Assembly (NCBI GenBank): GCA_963827235.1
Contig: CAWHAE010000016.1
Coordinates: 800,001 to 864,000, forward strand
Reading direction: 5' to 3'
From: an uncultured bacterium
GTDB taxonomy: Bacteria; Chloroflexota; UBA5177; JANWHV01
DNA: 64,000 bases
Position numbers and translations under genes: made by a program. The notes under the pieces were generated by a model. It was not told where the DNA came from, searched no databases, and worked only from the letters and a program-made list of their open reading frames with translations. Below are positions 30,378 to 41,340 of the stretch, one piece after another (positions within the stretch are counted from its first letter, which is position 1; each line of letters starts with the position of its first letter).

Positions 30378-30494
30378 TTTCGCGGCTATGGCGCCAACTG
30401 ACTCCGTGGCGTGCGACCTCGAAGCCCTGTCTCGATCCTGCTCGGTGGTGAGCAGGCCCTGGACCAAGGGGCGAGTGAAGTCCTGCTTCGGCCC

Positions 30495-32039
30495 TCAGGC
30501 AACCTGGATGGCCGGCTGCTGGGTCTCTTCGGCGGGATAGGTGCGCCGCAGCACGATGCCCATCAGAGTGCCCACGATTGCCACGGCCACGACTACCTTG
30601 AAGGTATCGGAGAACGCCGATGCCGCGGCCTGCCCCGAGGCGAACTGCAGCTGCTGGGTCATGGCCGCCTTGGCGCTCGCCGACAGCTGCTGTACGCCCT
30701 GGTACTGCGCCATGACGTGCGCCTGGGCGTTGGCGACGTTCGTATGCGTGCGCTGAGTCAGGATGGTGGCCAGGGTGCCACCGTGATCGAGGTCACGACC
30801 TGCGACAAGGCATTGGTCAACGACGTGACGCGGCTCACCAGCTTTCGCGGCGCCGCGTTGATCAGGTGCGTGTTCATCGGCATCAGCAGCAAGCCCATGC
30901 CCACGCCGTAGAGCGCGAGCGGCAGGATGAGGTCCAGGGCCGGTAGTGGAGAGGCTGACGCCGGTCAGGATATACGCGGCACAGCGCGACCACCGCGCCG
31001 CCGCTCAGCACGAGCGGGCGAGCGCCGAGCTTGTCAAAGAGGATGCCGCCGATGGGCATGGCCACCGCCGCGCCAAACGCCAGCGGCAGCAGGCTGAGGC
31101 CGGTATCGAAGGCGCCGTAGCCGCGCACGCCTTGCAGGAAGAGCGGCACGAGCAGCAAGGCGCCGAACATGCCGAACAGCGTGATCCATTGCACAGGGAT
31201 CGCCAGGCTGAAGTCCACGGACTTGAAGACGCGCAGCTCGAGCAGCGGCGCCTCGCGCGCAGCTCGGCCACGACGAACAGCACCAGCGCCACCACGCCCA
31301 CCACGATGCCGCCGATCGTGTTGACAGAGGTCCAGCTCGTGCTGCCCTCGCTGATGCCGTAGCAGAGCGCGGCAAAGGCCAGCGGTGCCAGGATCATTCC
31401 GGTGAGGTCGAGCGCGGCCACCGTCTGGCGCTCGATCTTGGGCAGGCTGCGGATGCCCAAGGTGACGCCGGTGATGCCGACCGGTAGGTTGAGCAGGAAG
31501 ATCCAGCGCCAGCTGTGATACTGCACCAGCCAGCCGGCCAGCACGGGGCCGATGGCGGGGGCGAAGAGGGTCGGTATGCCCATGATCGCCATCAGCAAGC
31601 CGACCTTTTCCGGCGGGCTGAGCCGGAACGTGTAGGCCATGGCAATGGGAATCACACAGCCGCCGCCGATACCCTGCAGGACCCGGAAAGCAATGAGCGC
31701 ATCGGCGCCCTGCGCCGTGGCGCAGAGCACGGAGCCGAGAGTGAACAGGGCGACGGAAGTCAGGAAAATATACTTGGCGCCAAATCGGTCCGAAAGCCAG
31801 CCGGCAAGAGGGATGACCGCCGCCTGGGCAAGGGTGTAGCCGGTGACCGTCCACTGCACCGTACTGAGCGGGGTCTTGAAGTCGACGACGAGCCTCTGCA
31901 GGGCGACGTTGACGGCGGTACCGTCGAGCACGACCATGAAGATGCCGATGATGATGGTGATGAGCGGCACGAGCACGGAGCGCAGCCTGAACGGAACGGC
32001 TGCCTGCGCGGAATGGTTCCTCGTTCCTGAGCTTGTCAC
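30495..32039 (-). pseudogene. DHA2 (EmrB/QacA) MFS transporter with about 4 frameshifts (approx. 31260, 30980, 30938, 30778); possibly consensus errors
   Basis: VLDGTAVNVAL, GWLSDRFG, FRVLQGIGGG, WRWIFLLNLPVG, PLLELRVF; homology continues across frames to AFSDTFK. Confidence 0.8.
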
Positions 32040-32224
32040 ACTAGATTCCCTTCTGATTCGTAGTGACGGACCGCACGACCGATCTGACGGAGAGCGGCTG
32101 CGCCGGCGCCGACCAAGGAGTCGCGGCCGGTGCTGGAGTCGAGGTAGTGGCACGGGCCCACGAGACCGTCCCTTCAAGCGTGGCCCGCGGTCCTTGCCAG
32201 CGACATCAGCGCGGCCTACAATGG

Positions 32225-32282
32225 GAACTGGAGTTCCGGTTCTCATAGTATGCATTGTGAACAGGAGTTCCGGTTCTGTCAA
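32225..32282. promoter_or_regulatory. Two TetR-type operators and MFS promoter
   Basis: GAAC(T/A)GGAGTTCCGGTTC at 32225-32242 and 32259-32276, each near-palindromic; second fills the 17-nt spacer of minus-strand TTGACA...CACAAT. Confidence 0.8.
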
Positions 32283-32314
32283 TGGGCTGCTCGGCAGACC
32301 GCAACGAGGACACG

Positions 32315-32902
32315 ATGACTGCTGGAGAGAGGTCGGGCAGACGCGCGGATGCCGTGGCGAATCGTGCACGCATACTGGATGCCGCGCGCGCGGTGATGGT
32401 CGAGCGCGGGCTCGACATGGAGATGGACCAGGTGGCGGCACAGGCCGGCGTGGGCGTCGGCACGCTCTACCGGCATTTTGCCAAGCGCGAGGACCTGGTA
32501 CGTGCGGTCGTGTGGCAAGCTATCGACAACGTGGTTGAGCGGTCCCGGGCCGCCGCGGCGCTCGACGATCCAGCCGCGGCACTCCGCGTGTTGCCGCTCG
32601 CGCTCGCCACAGAGCCCGGTCTGGTCGCGGTCATCCAGGATCCGCGCGCGCCCAAATCCTTGGCCAGTGTGAGGGAGGAGAGCCAGCCACTGGCCGTGCA
32701 GGTGCTTGACCTCATCGCCGGCATTCTGGTGCGCGGCATGCGCAGCGGCGCGTTCCGCGCCGATCTCGACCCGATGGCCACCGCGGCAGCAATTCTCGGG
32801 TCGACCACCGCCGTCAACGAGTTCCTCGGGCCCACGCGATCGCCTGAGGAGCTCGCCGACTTACTCGCGGATCTGCATCAGCGCATGGTCGCCGCCGAAT
32901 GA
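32315..32902 (+). CDS. TetR/AcrR family regulator
   Basis: RADAVANRARIL, VAAQAGVGVGTLYRHF; divergent from MFS. Confidence 0.92.
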   Translation: MTAGERSGRRADAVANRARILDAARAVMVERGLDMEMDQVAAQAGVGVGTLYRHFAKREDLVRAVVWQAIDNVVERSRAAAALDDPAAALRVLPLALATEPGLVAVIQDPRAPKSLASVREESQPLAVQVLDLIAGILVRGMRSGAFRADLDPMATAAAILGSTTAVNEFLGPTRSPEELADLLADLHQRMVAAE

Positions 32903-33113
32903 ATGCGAACGTCCGGCACCGGCTGCGCGGGTGACCTCGCAATCGCACGCAGGATAGCCTCCACTCGCCCCGCTATCTCACGCGGTAGTGAAGGTGGACC
33001 ACGCCGTTACCGAATCGGCGTTCGTCCGGCAGCTCGTAGATTGCATTAGCCCGTTTGGAGGCCCGGGCCGCTGGCGAGCGATAACCGAGAGTGTCGTGCC
33101 CGGCGCGGCTGTT

Positions 33114-33491
33114 CTACGGGAAAGCAGGTATCACCTCGGCGGCAAAGTGTTTCAGCCCGTCCAGGTCGAACGGCGCTCCCACGCCCAGGATACAGGCACT
33201 GATGCCCAGCGCGGCATACTCCTCCAGCCGCCGGCATATCTCGTCCGGCGTGCCCACCAGCCAATGCGCCTGTTCGTCCGCGAAGCTCATGCCAAGCCCT
33301 TCGGCCAGCGACGTCGCATTTGCCAGCGCCGCCGCAGAGGTACGGCCGATCACAAGCTGCATGTGCGCGGTCAGCGCGATCTCCGCTGGGTCGCAAGAGA
33401 TAGCCGCGCAAGCTCCGCGCAGTCGTTCGACGGCTACGGCGATCTCTTGCGGCGATCTCTGCGGCGATCCCATGCCGTTCCAGGCGCTGGC
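33114..33491 (-). pseudogene. C-terminal remnant of an LLM-class (luciferase-like) oxidoreductase
   Basis: ASAWNGMGSP...LVGTPDEICRRLEEYAALGIS...LKHFAAEVIPAF; N-terminal part missing. Confidence 0.7.
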
Positions 33492-33515
33492 TGGCGCCAG
33501 ACTGCATGGGCCGCC

Positions 33516-34826
33516 TCAGCTGCACCACCGTGAGACGAAACGGGCGCAGACCTTTGCCAGGTCGACCAGGTCGGCGATGAGCACATATTCGTCGGGCCCA
33601 TGGGCTGCGCCGCCACCGGGGCCAAGAATCAGAGCCGGCGTGGGACTGTAGCGATTGAAGACATAGCCATCACAGGCGAATGGCGCACCACGCAGCTTGT
33701 ACGGCCGCAGGCTCAGGCTCTCGTAACTCTCGCGCAGCGTGCTCAAGGCCGGATGGTCGAGCGGCATGCTGCTTCCCGGTAGAAAGCGGATCGTAGGGAT
33801 CAGCTCAGGACGCCGGCCTGCCGTGTTGGGATCGGCATCCAGCTCTCGCATGATGTAGCTCATGAGAGCTTCGTCGAATTCCTCCATGGTCGTGCCTTCA
33901 TACACTTCAGCCCAGAAGTGCAACCAGGTTTCGGCAGGCACGCCCATGTCTTCCTCGAAAGCCGTTCCACCGCCGCCGAGCTGTGTGAGCTGGAAGGTGA
34001 TCTCGGGGTTATCCCGGTAGAGTGGCGGGACTGCGTCCGATCGCTGCCGATCGGCGTTGAACTTCCTGATCGCGATGACCGCTCGCGCCAGGGCCAGAAC
34101 GGGATCGGCGAGCTGTTCGCCGCCGTACGCTCTGCCCGGATCACCGTGGAAGCGCAGATACGCGTTCTGCCCACCGCGTTGCGCCGGGCAGACGTCCATA
34201 TGTGTGGGCTCGCTGTTGAATGCGATGTCCGCATTGTGGCCGCGCAGCCTAGCCGCCAACACGCCATGTGAGCCGCCGTATTCCTCGTCGACAACGCTCT
34301 CGACGATCACGTCGCCGCGTCGTGCCACGCGCAGCTCGCCCAAGCAGCGCATCGCGAACAGATGACTGGCCAGCGCGCACTTGGTGTCGTAGCTACCGCG
34401 GCCATAGAGCTTTCCGTCGACGATCTCGCCGCCAAACGGCGTGCCTTTGAGCCAGGGTAGAGCGCCTGCCGGCATCGTATCGATGTGTGTAGAGAAGAGG
34501 GCGGACCGGCCACCGCCCGTACCACGGAACGTACCGACCACGTCGGGGCGATCGGCGTATTGTCGCTGGAGCCCGCTGACCGTGGGAAAGTACGCCGGAT
34601 GCTCGCGCAAGCCCGGCACCTCATCGGGCGTGAACCAATCCACGTCAGCGCCCAGCCCGAGCAGCCGTTCACGCACGAAGGCCTGTGCCGCCTTCTCATT
34701 CCCGGTGGGCGGGTGGCTTTCACTGGGGATCCGTATGAGAGCGCGAGCAGTCTCAATCAGCTCATCGGCGTGAGCATCCACCCAACGATCGATCGCGTTG
34801 TCCAGCGTCTCGCCGCTCGCAACCAT
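33516..34826 (-). CDS. M20 family (ArgE/DapE-like) amidohydrolase
   Basis: STHIDT, YGRGSYDTK, VDEEYGG, NSEP, AHGPDE; GAGGAGG RBS. Confidence 0.88.
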   Translation of the reverse strand: MVASGETLDNAIDRWVDAHADELIETARALIRIPSESHPPTGNEKAAQAFVRERLLGLGADVDWFTPDEVPGLREHPAYFPTVSGLQRQYADRPDVVGTFRGTGGGRSALFSTHIDTMPAGALPWLKGTPFGGEIVDGKLYGRGSYDTKCALASHLFAMRCLGELRVARRGDVIVESVVDEEYGGSHGVLAARLRGHNADIAFNSEPTHMDVCPAQRGGQNAYLRFHGDPGRAYGGEQLADPVLALARAVIAIRKFNADRQRSDAVPPLYRDNPEITFQLTQLGGGGTAFEEDMGVPAETWLHFWAEVYEGTTMEEFDEALMSYIMRELDADPNTAGRRPELIPTIRFLPGSSMPLDHPALSTLRESYESLSLRPYKLRGAPFACDGYVFNRYSPTPALILGPGGGAAHGPDEYVLIADLVDLAKVCARFVSRWCS

Positions 34827-34843
34827 GCTCGACCGGCCCCTCC

Positions 34844-35734
34844 TCACTGGCGCAGCGCGCCCTCCATCAGGCCCTTCATGAACCACTTCTGCAGACCGAC
34901 AAACAGGACGATTGGCGGAACGATCATGACTGAATAGACGGCGGCGATGCGCGGCCACTCCCACACACCAGTGCCTGCCGTGGCGCCCGCCATGCCCACT
35001 GTCAGCGTGCGGGCATTTGGTGTGGAGGTCAACGTGTAAGCGAGCAAGAATTCGCCCCACATGGCGATAAACGTGAGCATGCCCACCACGATCAAGCCGT
35101 TGCCGCACAGCGGCAGGACGATCTGCAGGAAGGTACGCGGGGTCGAACAGCCGTCGGCGCGTGCCGCCTCCATCAGCTCTTTGGGTATGGCGCGGAAGAC
35201 GCCCGTCATGATGAAGGTGCTGACCACCAGGTTGATGGCAATGTACGGCAGGATCAGGCCCAGCAGGCTATCCAGCAGATTGAGATCGGAACTGACCTGG
35301 TAGATGCCGATCACGGAGGTGATCTGTGTTGGGAAGAACAGCGAGGCCACCATCACGATGAGGACTATGCGTCGGCCGGGAAACTGGAGCCAGACGAGCG
35401 CATAGCCCCCGAGGCTGGAGACGATCATCACGCCGATTAAGCCGCAAACCGTCACGATCACGCTGTTCACAAAGTAGCGCGGCAAATCGGGGATGTGGCT
35501 GAATGCGTAGCCGTAGGCATCGAAGGTGGGGTGTGTCGGGAAGAAGGTAATCGCGGCGTAGGCCTCGGTCAGCGACTTGAACGACATGCTGAAGACCCAG
35601 ATCACCGGGATTATGGCCACGGCGCAGAACAGGATCAGGATGGCATGGCGGATCACCACTCCCGACTTGATCGGTGTGCGTCGTCGACCGTGAGGGAGCG
35701 AGGCGCCACTTGCAGTCGAACGCTCGACAGCCAT
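34844..35734 (-). CDS. Carbohydrate ABC transporter permease
   Basis: ELMEAARADGC, WGEFLLA, QKWFMKG. Confidence 0.92.
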   Translation of the reverse strand: MAVERSTASGASLPHGRRRTPIKSGVVIRHAILILFCAVAIIPVIWVFSMSFKSLTEAYAAITFFPTHPTFDAYGYAFSHIPDLPRYFVNSVIVTVCGLIGVMIVSSLGGYALVWLQFPGRRIVLIVMVASLFFPTQITSVIGIYQVSSDLNLLDSLLGLILPYIAINLVVSTFIMTGVFRAIPKELMEAARADGCSTPRTFLQIVLPLCGNGLIVVGMLTFIAMWGEFLLAYTLTSTPNARTLTVGMAGATAGTGVWEWPRIAAVYSVMIVPPIVLFVGLQKWFMKGLMEGALRQ

Positions 35735-36681
35735 CAGTATGCCTCCGATCCGGGACGCAACAGGGCATAGAGTCCAACAGCGACTGCCAGCATGATCGCC
35801 GCGCCGATCCAGCCAATCGCGGCGGCATAGCCCATAGGCTCCGCGTTCAGGAAGGCAAGATTATACATGTAGACCGTCCACGGATGCAGAGTATCCTGCG
35901 AGCGCATGACCAGGTACTCTACCAGCACGCCCATCGCGGTGCTCAAGCGAAGCACCAGTATGATCAGCAGCATCGGCTTGAGCAGCGGCAGCGTGATCCG
36001 CCAGAAGATGTGCCACTCTCTCGCTCCGTCTATGCGGGCCGCCTCGTACAGCTCCGCCGGTATCGCCGCCAGCCCCACCATGAAGAAGACGGTGTGGTAT
36101 CCAATTCCCCACCACCACTCCATGAAGGCGATGCAGGGAATAGACCAGGTATCGCTACCCAGCCAGAGCGGGGGATTCGACCAGCTGGCGACGTGCAGGC
36201 CGTCAACCAGGAACCAGTTGATCAGCCCTTGATCGGGGCCGTACATCCAACTCCAGAGGATGAAAACCAGGGGACCGGGAATCAGGGCCGGAATGTACAG
36301 GAGCGTGCGGTAGATGCCGGAAACCAGCTTGTTCCGCACGCGATCGAGCAGAACGGCCAGGAAGAGCGGGAACAGCACACCGCCGGGAATGAAAATTGCG
36401 GTGAACTCGGCCGCCTGCCCGATACCCTGCCAGAATACCTGGTCGTGCAGGGCGTTATCGTAGTTGCGAAACCCCACCCAGTGCGTGTCCGCCGGGAAGA
36501 GGTTGCGGTAGTTCGTGAAGCTCAGCCAGAGTACGCGCAGGATCGGGTAGGCCTGGTAGAGCACCAGGAACCCCACCAGGGGCAGAATGAAGAGGTAGCC
36601 GAGCGAATAACGCCGGACAGCGCGCATCATTGTCGACCCCATGCTCACTCTGGGACGGCTACCGATTGGTACAGCACTCAT
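35734..36681 (-). CDS. Carbohydrate ABC transporter permease
   Basis: WVGFRNY, ELYEAARIDGA, MGYAAA; start uncertain. Confidence 0.9.
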   Translation of the reverse strand: MSAVPIGSRPRVSMGSTMMRAVRRYSLGYLFILPLVGFLVLYQAYPILRVLWLSFTNYRNLFPADTHWVGFRNYDNALHDQVFWQGIGQAAEFTAIFIPGGVLFPLFLAVLLDRVRNKLVSGIYRTLLYIPALIPGPLVFILWSWMYGPDQGLINWFLVDGLHVASWSNPPLWLGSDTWSIPCIAFMEWWWGIGYHTVFFMVGLAAIPAELYEAARIDGAREWHIFWRITLPLLKPMLLIILVLRLSTAMGVLVEYLVMRSQDTLHPWTVYMYNLAFLNAEPMGYAAAIGWIGAAIMLAVAVGLYALLRPGSEAY

Positions 36682-36778
36682 TATCGCATCTCGCGCGTAG
36701 CGGCCACACACCGGGCCGATCCGCACCTATCCTCCGTGGACGCTGCGCACCATGCCCATTTGGTATCGGCGATGTAAA

Positions 36779-36814
36779 GCGCGGAGATGGCAGCCTCGGC
36801 TGCCATCTCCGCGC
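36779..36814. terminator. Intercistronic hairpin after SBP gene
   Basis: GCGCGGAGATGGCAGCC-TC-GGCTGCCATCTCCGCGC perfect inverted repeat. Confidence 0.7.
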
Positions 36815-36821
36815 GCCAGGA

Positions 36822-38261
36822 TTAGCCGCCCATCTGCTGCTGGAGCTGCGTCTTGAACTCGGACGCCGTCTTCTGCATGGCCTGCTCGGGCGTGACCTTG
36901 CCCTTCAGGGCATCCAGGAAGTGGGAGACCAGCGCCCCGTTGAGACCCAGGGAGAACCCGTAGATGCTGTTCTCGACGGCCTTGCTGGCTGCCAACTGGG
37001 AGTACGCCGTGAAGACCCAATCCGGCGCCTTGCCCTTGAGCTTGGGGTACATGGAGTTGAACGGCGGGATCTGGCCGGAGCTGATGACCTCTTGTATCCA
37101 GAAGCGGGGGTCGGAGAGCAGCCAGGTCAGCCAGTTCGCCCCTGCCTGCTTGTTGCTGCCGTACTGGAAGAGGCCCGCCCCGGTGTCCCAGAAGACCGAT
37201 CCGCCGGCGCCGCCGGCTGCGGGCTTGGGCAGCTTGCCCAGGCCCATGTCCTTGATGCCGCCGACGCTCTTGGGCCAGAGCAGCGCATCGTGCACGATAG
37301 CGTTGGGGTACTTGAAGATCATCGCCACGCGGCTGGCCTTCAGCGCCACGTCGTCGATGGTAGCTGCCTCGACGGCGGTGCCGGTAGCGAAGAAGTCGGG
37401 CGGCGTGTAGGGGATGATGCCCTTGCAAATCTTTATGGCCTGCACGTAAGCCGGGTTGGTAAAGTCCGGATTGCCGTCCTTGTCGTACACATCCAGGCTG
37501 ATGCTATGCACCACCGGCATCAGGGAGCGCCACGGGTGCCAGTCAAACGTGGCGCCGGCCACGGTGTAGGAGCCGCTCTTCAGATGCTTGTCGTTGACCT
37601 GCTTGGCGGTAGCCGTGAACTCCTCCCAGGTGGCGGGGATCGACGTGATCCCTGCCGACTTGAACATGCTCTTCCGCCATTGCAGGCTGGAGATGTCCAG
37701 CAGGATCGGCCAGTCGTACATCTTGCCGCCGATCATGCCCTCATCCTGGACGGACTTCGGCATGTCGTTCTTCACGCTGGCGGGCATGTAGGCGTCCCAG
37801 GGCTCGAGCGCGCCGGCGGCCTGGAGCTGTGACATCTCGACGAACGGAGTCATGCCCACGTAGACGTCCCAGGAGGACTTCTTGTTGCGCGCCTCCAGCA
37901 GGAACTTCTGCGTGCTGAAGTTGCTCTCAGGGGCGACCTGGATTTGTACCTGGGCGTCCGGATTCTTCTTGTTGTACTCGTTCGTCAGCGGCTGGATCTG
38001 GGGATTGAAGTTGAGGATCCACTGGTAAAAGCCCAGCTGTGCAACGCCGGAGGCGGCCACGCGCTTGGCGGCGTTGGCTGCCTCGACATCGGCGCGAGCG
38101 GTGGCCGGATTGTAGGCCTTTATGAATGCTCCGATGGCCGCGGCCGATAACCCGAGTTGGCCGGCGCGCTTCAGGAACTTGGAGCGCGTGGTCTTGCCGG
38201 CGCAGAGGCGATAGAACTCCTCGTATACCGGCTCGTAGTCAAAACTCTCGTGCATCGACAT
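36822..38261 (-). CDS. Sugar ABC transporter substrate-binding protein
   Basis: Tat-like GKTTRSKFLKRAGQLGLSAAA; IPATWEEF; C-terminal GKVTPEQAM. Confidence 0.88.
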   Translation of the reverse strand: MSMHESFDYEPVYEEFYRLCAGKTTRSKFLKRAGQLGLSAAAIGAFIKAYNPATARADVEAANAAKRVAASGVAQLGFYQWILNFNPQIQPLTNEYNKKNPDAQVQIQVAPESNFSTQKFLLEARNKKSSWDVYVGMTPFVEMSQLQAAGALEPWDAYMPASVKNDMPKSVQDEGMIGGKMYDWPILLDISSLQWRKSMFKSAGITSIPATWEEFTATAKQVNDKHLKSGSYTVAGATFDWHPWRSLMPVVHSISLDVYDKDGNPDFTNPAYVQAIKICKGIIPYTPPDFFATGTAVEAATIDDVALKASRVAMIFKYPNAIVHDALLWPKSVGGIKDMGLGKLPKPAAGGAGGSVFWDTGAGLFQYGSNKQAGANWLTWLLSDPRFWIQEVISSGQIPPFNSMYPKLKGKAPDWVFTAYSQLAASKAVENSIYGFSLGLNGALVSHFLDALKGKVTPEQAMQKTASEFKTQLQQQMGG

Positions 38262-38662
38262 ACCTCTTCAAGAACTATAGCTCTTCAGGCACAGGTTAGG
38301 ACTTCGCAGCCTGCGGCACCTGGATCTCCAGTGGCCCGAAGTTCTTGCCGGCGGCCGACTGAGCGGCCTCGGCAAGTCTAGGCAACAACGCAGCCCTTCG
38401 TCGATGGAGGCTCTCAATGCGGAGTGGCAGCGCGGTAGCACCCGCAAGCGGGCGTTCGGGCGGGCGGATCCTCGCTCTACGCCGGGTGCCTGCTCGCGCT
38501 TGCAGCGCGCCGGTGCCCGCCGTCCGGTCCGCCTTGGCCGGATCACCCTGGCTTGGGTGGAGATGACCGACAACCACCGCCCCTATATCACCCCCTCTCG
38601 CAACTGCGCGGCCCGGAAGACCGTTTCCAGTCTGCGCGCGTCTCCGCCGCTACTGCTGAGCT

Positions 38663-38717
38663 TAAGTTTGTCGAAAACACATACATAACTTATAGGCGTG
38701 GGCGGAGGCGCTGTCAA
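38663..38717 (-). promoter_or_regulatory. Promoter and ROK-type operator for the ABC operon
   Basis: Minus strand TTGACA-17-TATAAG (38717-38689); TAAGTTTGT-N7-ACATACATA at 38663-38687. Confidence 0.7.
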
Positions 38718-38892
38718 GGCTTTCCGGAACGGCGCCCCTTTCTCTCCCGGCTCTCGTCACACCGCCAGGCGCGATCAGGTACGCCAGCGTTCGTGATGAC
38801 GGACCTCGCGGCATGCCTCAGGCCGTTTTTCACGCCGCGGTGGCATGCAGGCGCGAGCCCTGTCACCCGGCGGTTGACTTCGTCATGGCTGA

Positions 38893-38919
38893 ATATGTAT
38901 GTTGGTGGCACATACATAT
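38893..38919. promoter_or_regulatory. ROK-type operator upstream of regulator
   Basis: Perfect palindrome ATATGTATGT-N7-ACATACATAT just downstream of TTGACT (38874-38879). Confidence 0.75.
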
Positions 38920-38928
38920 GGGGGCGTC

Positions 38929-40188
38929 ATGGCTCACGTCATACTCTCCGTCGAGTCGGTACGGCGCACAAAGCTGAGCGCCATTCTTCGAGCCCTCCAC
39001 GAAATCGGGCCTCAGTCCCGATCGCAGCTGGGTGCTCGATTGGCTATGAGCCGCAGCATGGTCGCCGACCTGGTGGCTGACCTGAGCGCACGCGGCCTGC
39101 TGCGAGAGGACACACCGGATCACTCCGGCATGCCTGGACGGCCGTCTCCCGTGGTGCAGATCGTCGAGGACTCAATCGCCGTGCTCGCCGCCGAGGTTGC
39201 CGTAGACTCGCTGTCCGTGGCGCTTGTCGGCCTCGGCGGTCAACTGCGCGACGTCGTCCGCATTCCTCACAGTCCGGGCAGACTCAAAGCAGACGAGACC
39301 GTAAGCGACCTGACGCTTCTCGCCAATCAGATGCTTGCGCGCGCTCCCCGCGGCTGTGCGCTCGCCGGCGTCGGAGTCGCCTTTTACGGCGTGGTTCGCC
39401 GCTCCGACGGATTCGTGCATCACTCGCACAACCTTGGCTGGCGTGATGTGCCGTTGGGCATGTTGCTCCAGCAGAGCCTCGGCCTCTCCGTTCCCGTGAC
39501 GGTGGCCAACGACGCGGACCTCGGTGCACTGGCCGAGCATACGCGAGGAGCAGGACGAGGCGTCAGCGACATGGTCTATCTCTCCAGCGAGATCGGCATA
39601 GGCGGCGGCATTATCGCCAATGGCCGGCCGGTGGCGGGAGCGGCCGGAGTGGCCGGCGAGGTCGGCCACCTGCCGGTGAACGCCGGCGGCATGCTGTGCT
39701 ATTGTGGCGCCACCGGCTGCTGGGAGACCGAGGCCGGAGAAACGGCGCTGCTGAGACTGGCAGGCCGCGAGAGCCGGTCACCCTGCCACGACTGCGTCGC
39801 CGAGGTGCTCGCCGACGCGGCGAGCGGAGAGCCTACCGCCCGCGCGGCGGTCGAAACCATTGGGCGCTGGCTCGGTATCGGCCTGGCAATACTCGTCAAC
39901 ATCTTCAACCCGGAACGCATCGTGCTCGGCGGCTTCTTCTGTGAGCTCTACCCATTGGTAGCTGCCATCATACACGAGCAGGTGCAGGAGCGGGCATTCC
40001 CTCCGGCGCGCGATCTCGTCAGCATAGTGCCGGCAACCCTGGGCCCGGACACGACCCTTCTGGGGGCCGCGGAGCTTGCCTTCGAGCCTATTCTGGCCGA
40101 TCCCACCCTGGTGCCTTCGCGCAAGGCCGCCGCGGCCGCGCGCTGGGAGCCAGGAGTAGCGCCTGCGCTCGCATCGCGCTCCTGGTAG
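38929..40188 (+). CDS. ROK family transcriptional repressor (NagC/XylR-like)
   Basis: N-terminal wHTH, GRP, ANDADLGALAE, GEVGH, CYCGATGCWE. Confidence 0.92.
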   Translation: MAHVILSVESVRRTKLSAILRALHEIGPQSRSQLGARLAMSRSMVADLVADLSARGLLREDTPDHSGMPGRPSPVVQIVEDSIAVLAAEVAVDSLSVALVGLGGQLRDVVRIPHSPGRLKADETVSDLTLLANQMLARAPRGCALAGVGVAFYGVVRRSDGFVHHSHNLGWRDVPLGMLLQQSLGLSVPVTVANDADLGALAEHTRGAGRGVSDMVYLSSEIGIGGGIIANGRPVAGAAGVAGEVGHLPVNAGGMLCYCGATGCWETEAGETALLRLAGRESRSPCHDCVAEVLADAASGEPTARAAVETIGRWLGIGLAILVNIFNPERIVLGGFFCELYPLVAAIIHEQVQERAFPPARDLVSIVPATLGPDTTLLGAAELAFEPILADPTLVPSRKAAAAARWEPGVAPALASRSW

Positions 40189-40303
40189 GGAGGCGGTGCC
40201 CGGCTACCTGGGAACTCAGCGCGGCGGACGACGTTCGACGCAGGTTATGAGCAGAGAAGGCTGGTAGCCGGGAAAGCTACCTCCAGCACGGAACGGAAGG
40301 CCG

Positions 40304-41311
40304 ATGAATTCCTACGATCGGGTCATGTCCCGGCTGCGCGGGGTGCCTGTCGACCGGGCGCCAAACTTCAACATCATGATGGCCTTCGCCGCGCGACACC
40401 TCGGCCTGCCCCTATCCCGCTTCTATCTGGAGTACCGGGTGCTCTGCGAGGCGAATCTGGCCGTGCTCCGCGACTTTTCTCTCGACCTCGTGGGAACCAT
40501 GTCGGACTCTTACGGCGAGGCCGCGGACTGGGGCGCGGCGATTGAGTTTCCCGACAACGCCATGCCCAGGTGCACTGCGCCCCTGCTCCAGAGTCTTGCG
40601 GACATGCGGAACCTGGTGCCGCCCGACCCCGCATCGGGCCGGAGAATGAGCAACCGCCTCAGCGCGCTGCAGTACTATCGTGCTCAGGTGGGAGGCGAGG
40701 TCCCGATCCTTGGTTGGGTAGAGGGCGCTCTGGCGGAGGCGGCGAACCTGCGCGGCGTGTCCCAGTTCATGCTCGACGTGTACGATGACCCGGAGCCGCT
40801 GGACGACGTGCTCCAGCGCTGCACCGACGTGGCCATCGCCTTCGCCCGCGCGCAGATTTCCGCGGGCGCCGACATCATCGGCCTGGGCGACGCCGTTGCC
40901 TCCCAGATGTCGCCCCGCATGTATGAGCGCTTTGCGCTGCCCTACGAGCAACGAATCTTCGCCGCAGTTCACGACATGGGCGCGTTGGCCAGACTCCACA
41001 TCTGCGGCAATACAACCAGGATGCTGCCGCTCATGGCTCAAAGCGGTGCCGATATCGTCGACGTCGATTGGATGGTCGACATGCGCGCCGCGGGTGAGGC
41101 CCTGGCAAGCAAGGCTGTGTCCGGGAACTTCGACCCCGTAACCGTCATGCTTCGGGGAACGCCGGAACTGGTAAGGCAGTCGGTATGGCACTGCCTGGAA
41201 TCGGGGGGACCGCGGTGCTTCAGCATGGCCGGATGCGAGATTCCCGAGGGGACGCCGGACGCGAACCTCCTGGCGCACGCGAAGGCTCTGCGCGAATACG
41301 AGCGGTACTAG
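40304..41311 (+). CDS. URO-D/MtaA-CmuA fold protein with intact Zn site
   Basis: GWVEGALAEAANLRG, GADIIGLGD, LHICG, GNFDP, AGCEIP. Confidence 0.85.
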   Translation: MNSYDRVMSRLRGVPVDRAPNFNIMMAFAARHLGLPLSRFYLEYRVLCEANLAVLRDFSLDLVGTMSDSYGEAADWGAAIEFPDNAMPRCTAPLLQSLADMRNLVPPDPASGRRMSNRLSALQYYRAQVGGEVPILGWVEGALAEAANLRGVSQFMLDVYDDPEPLDDVLQRCTDVAIAFARAQISAGADIIGLGDAVASQMSPRMYERFALPYEQRIFAAVHDMGALARLHICGNTTRMLPLMAQSGADIVDVDWMVDMRAAGEALASKAVSGNFDPVTVMLRGTPELVRQSVWHCLESGGPRCFSMAGCEIPEGTPDANLLAHAKALREYERY

Positions 41312-41340
41312 ACGCTCGGTAGAAGTGGGAAGGAGAAGCT

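Noticed and set aside
38296-38577. Leader ORF upstream of second SBP
   Set aside because: Low-complexity translation without motif; cannot be supported
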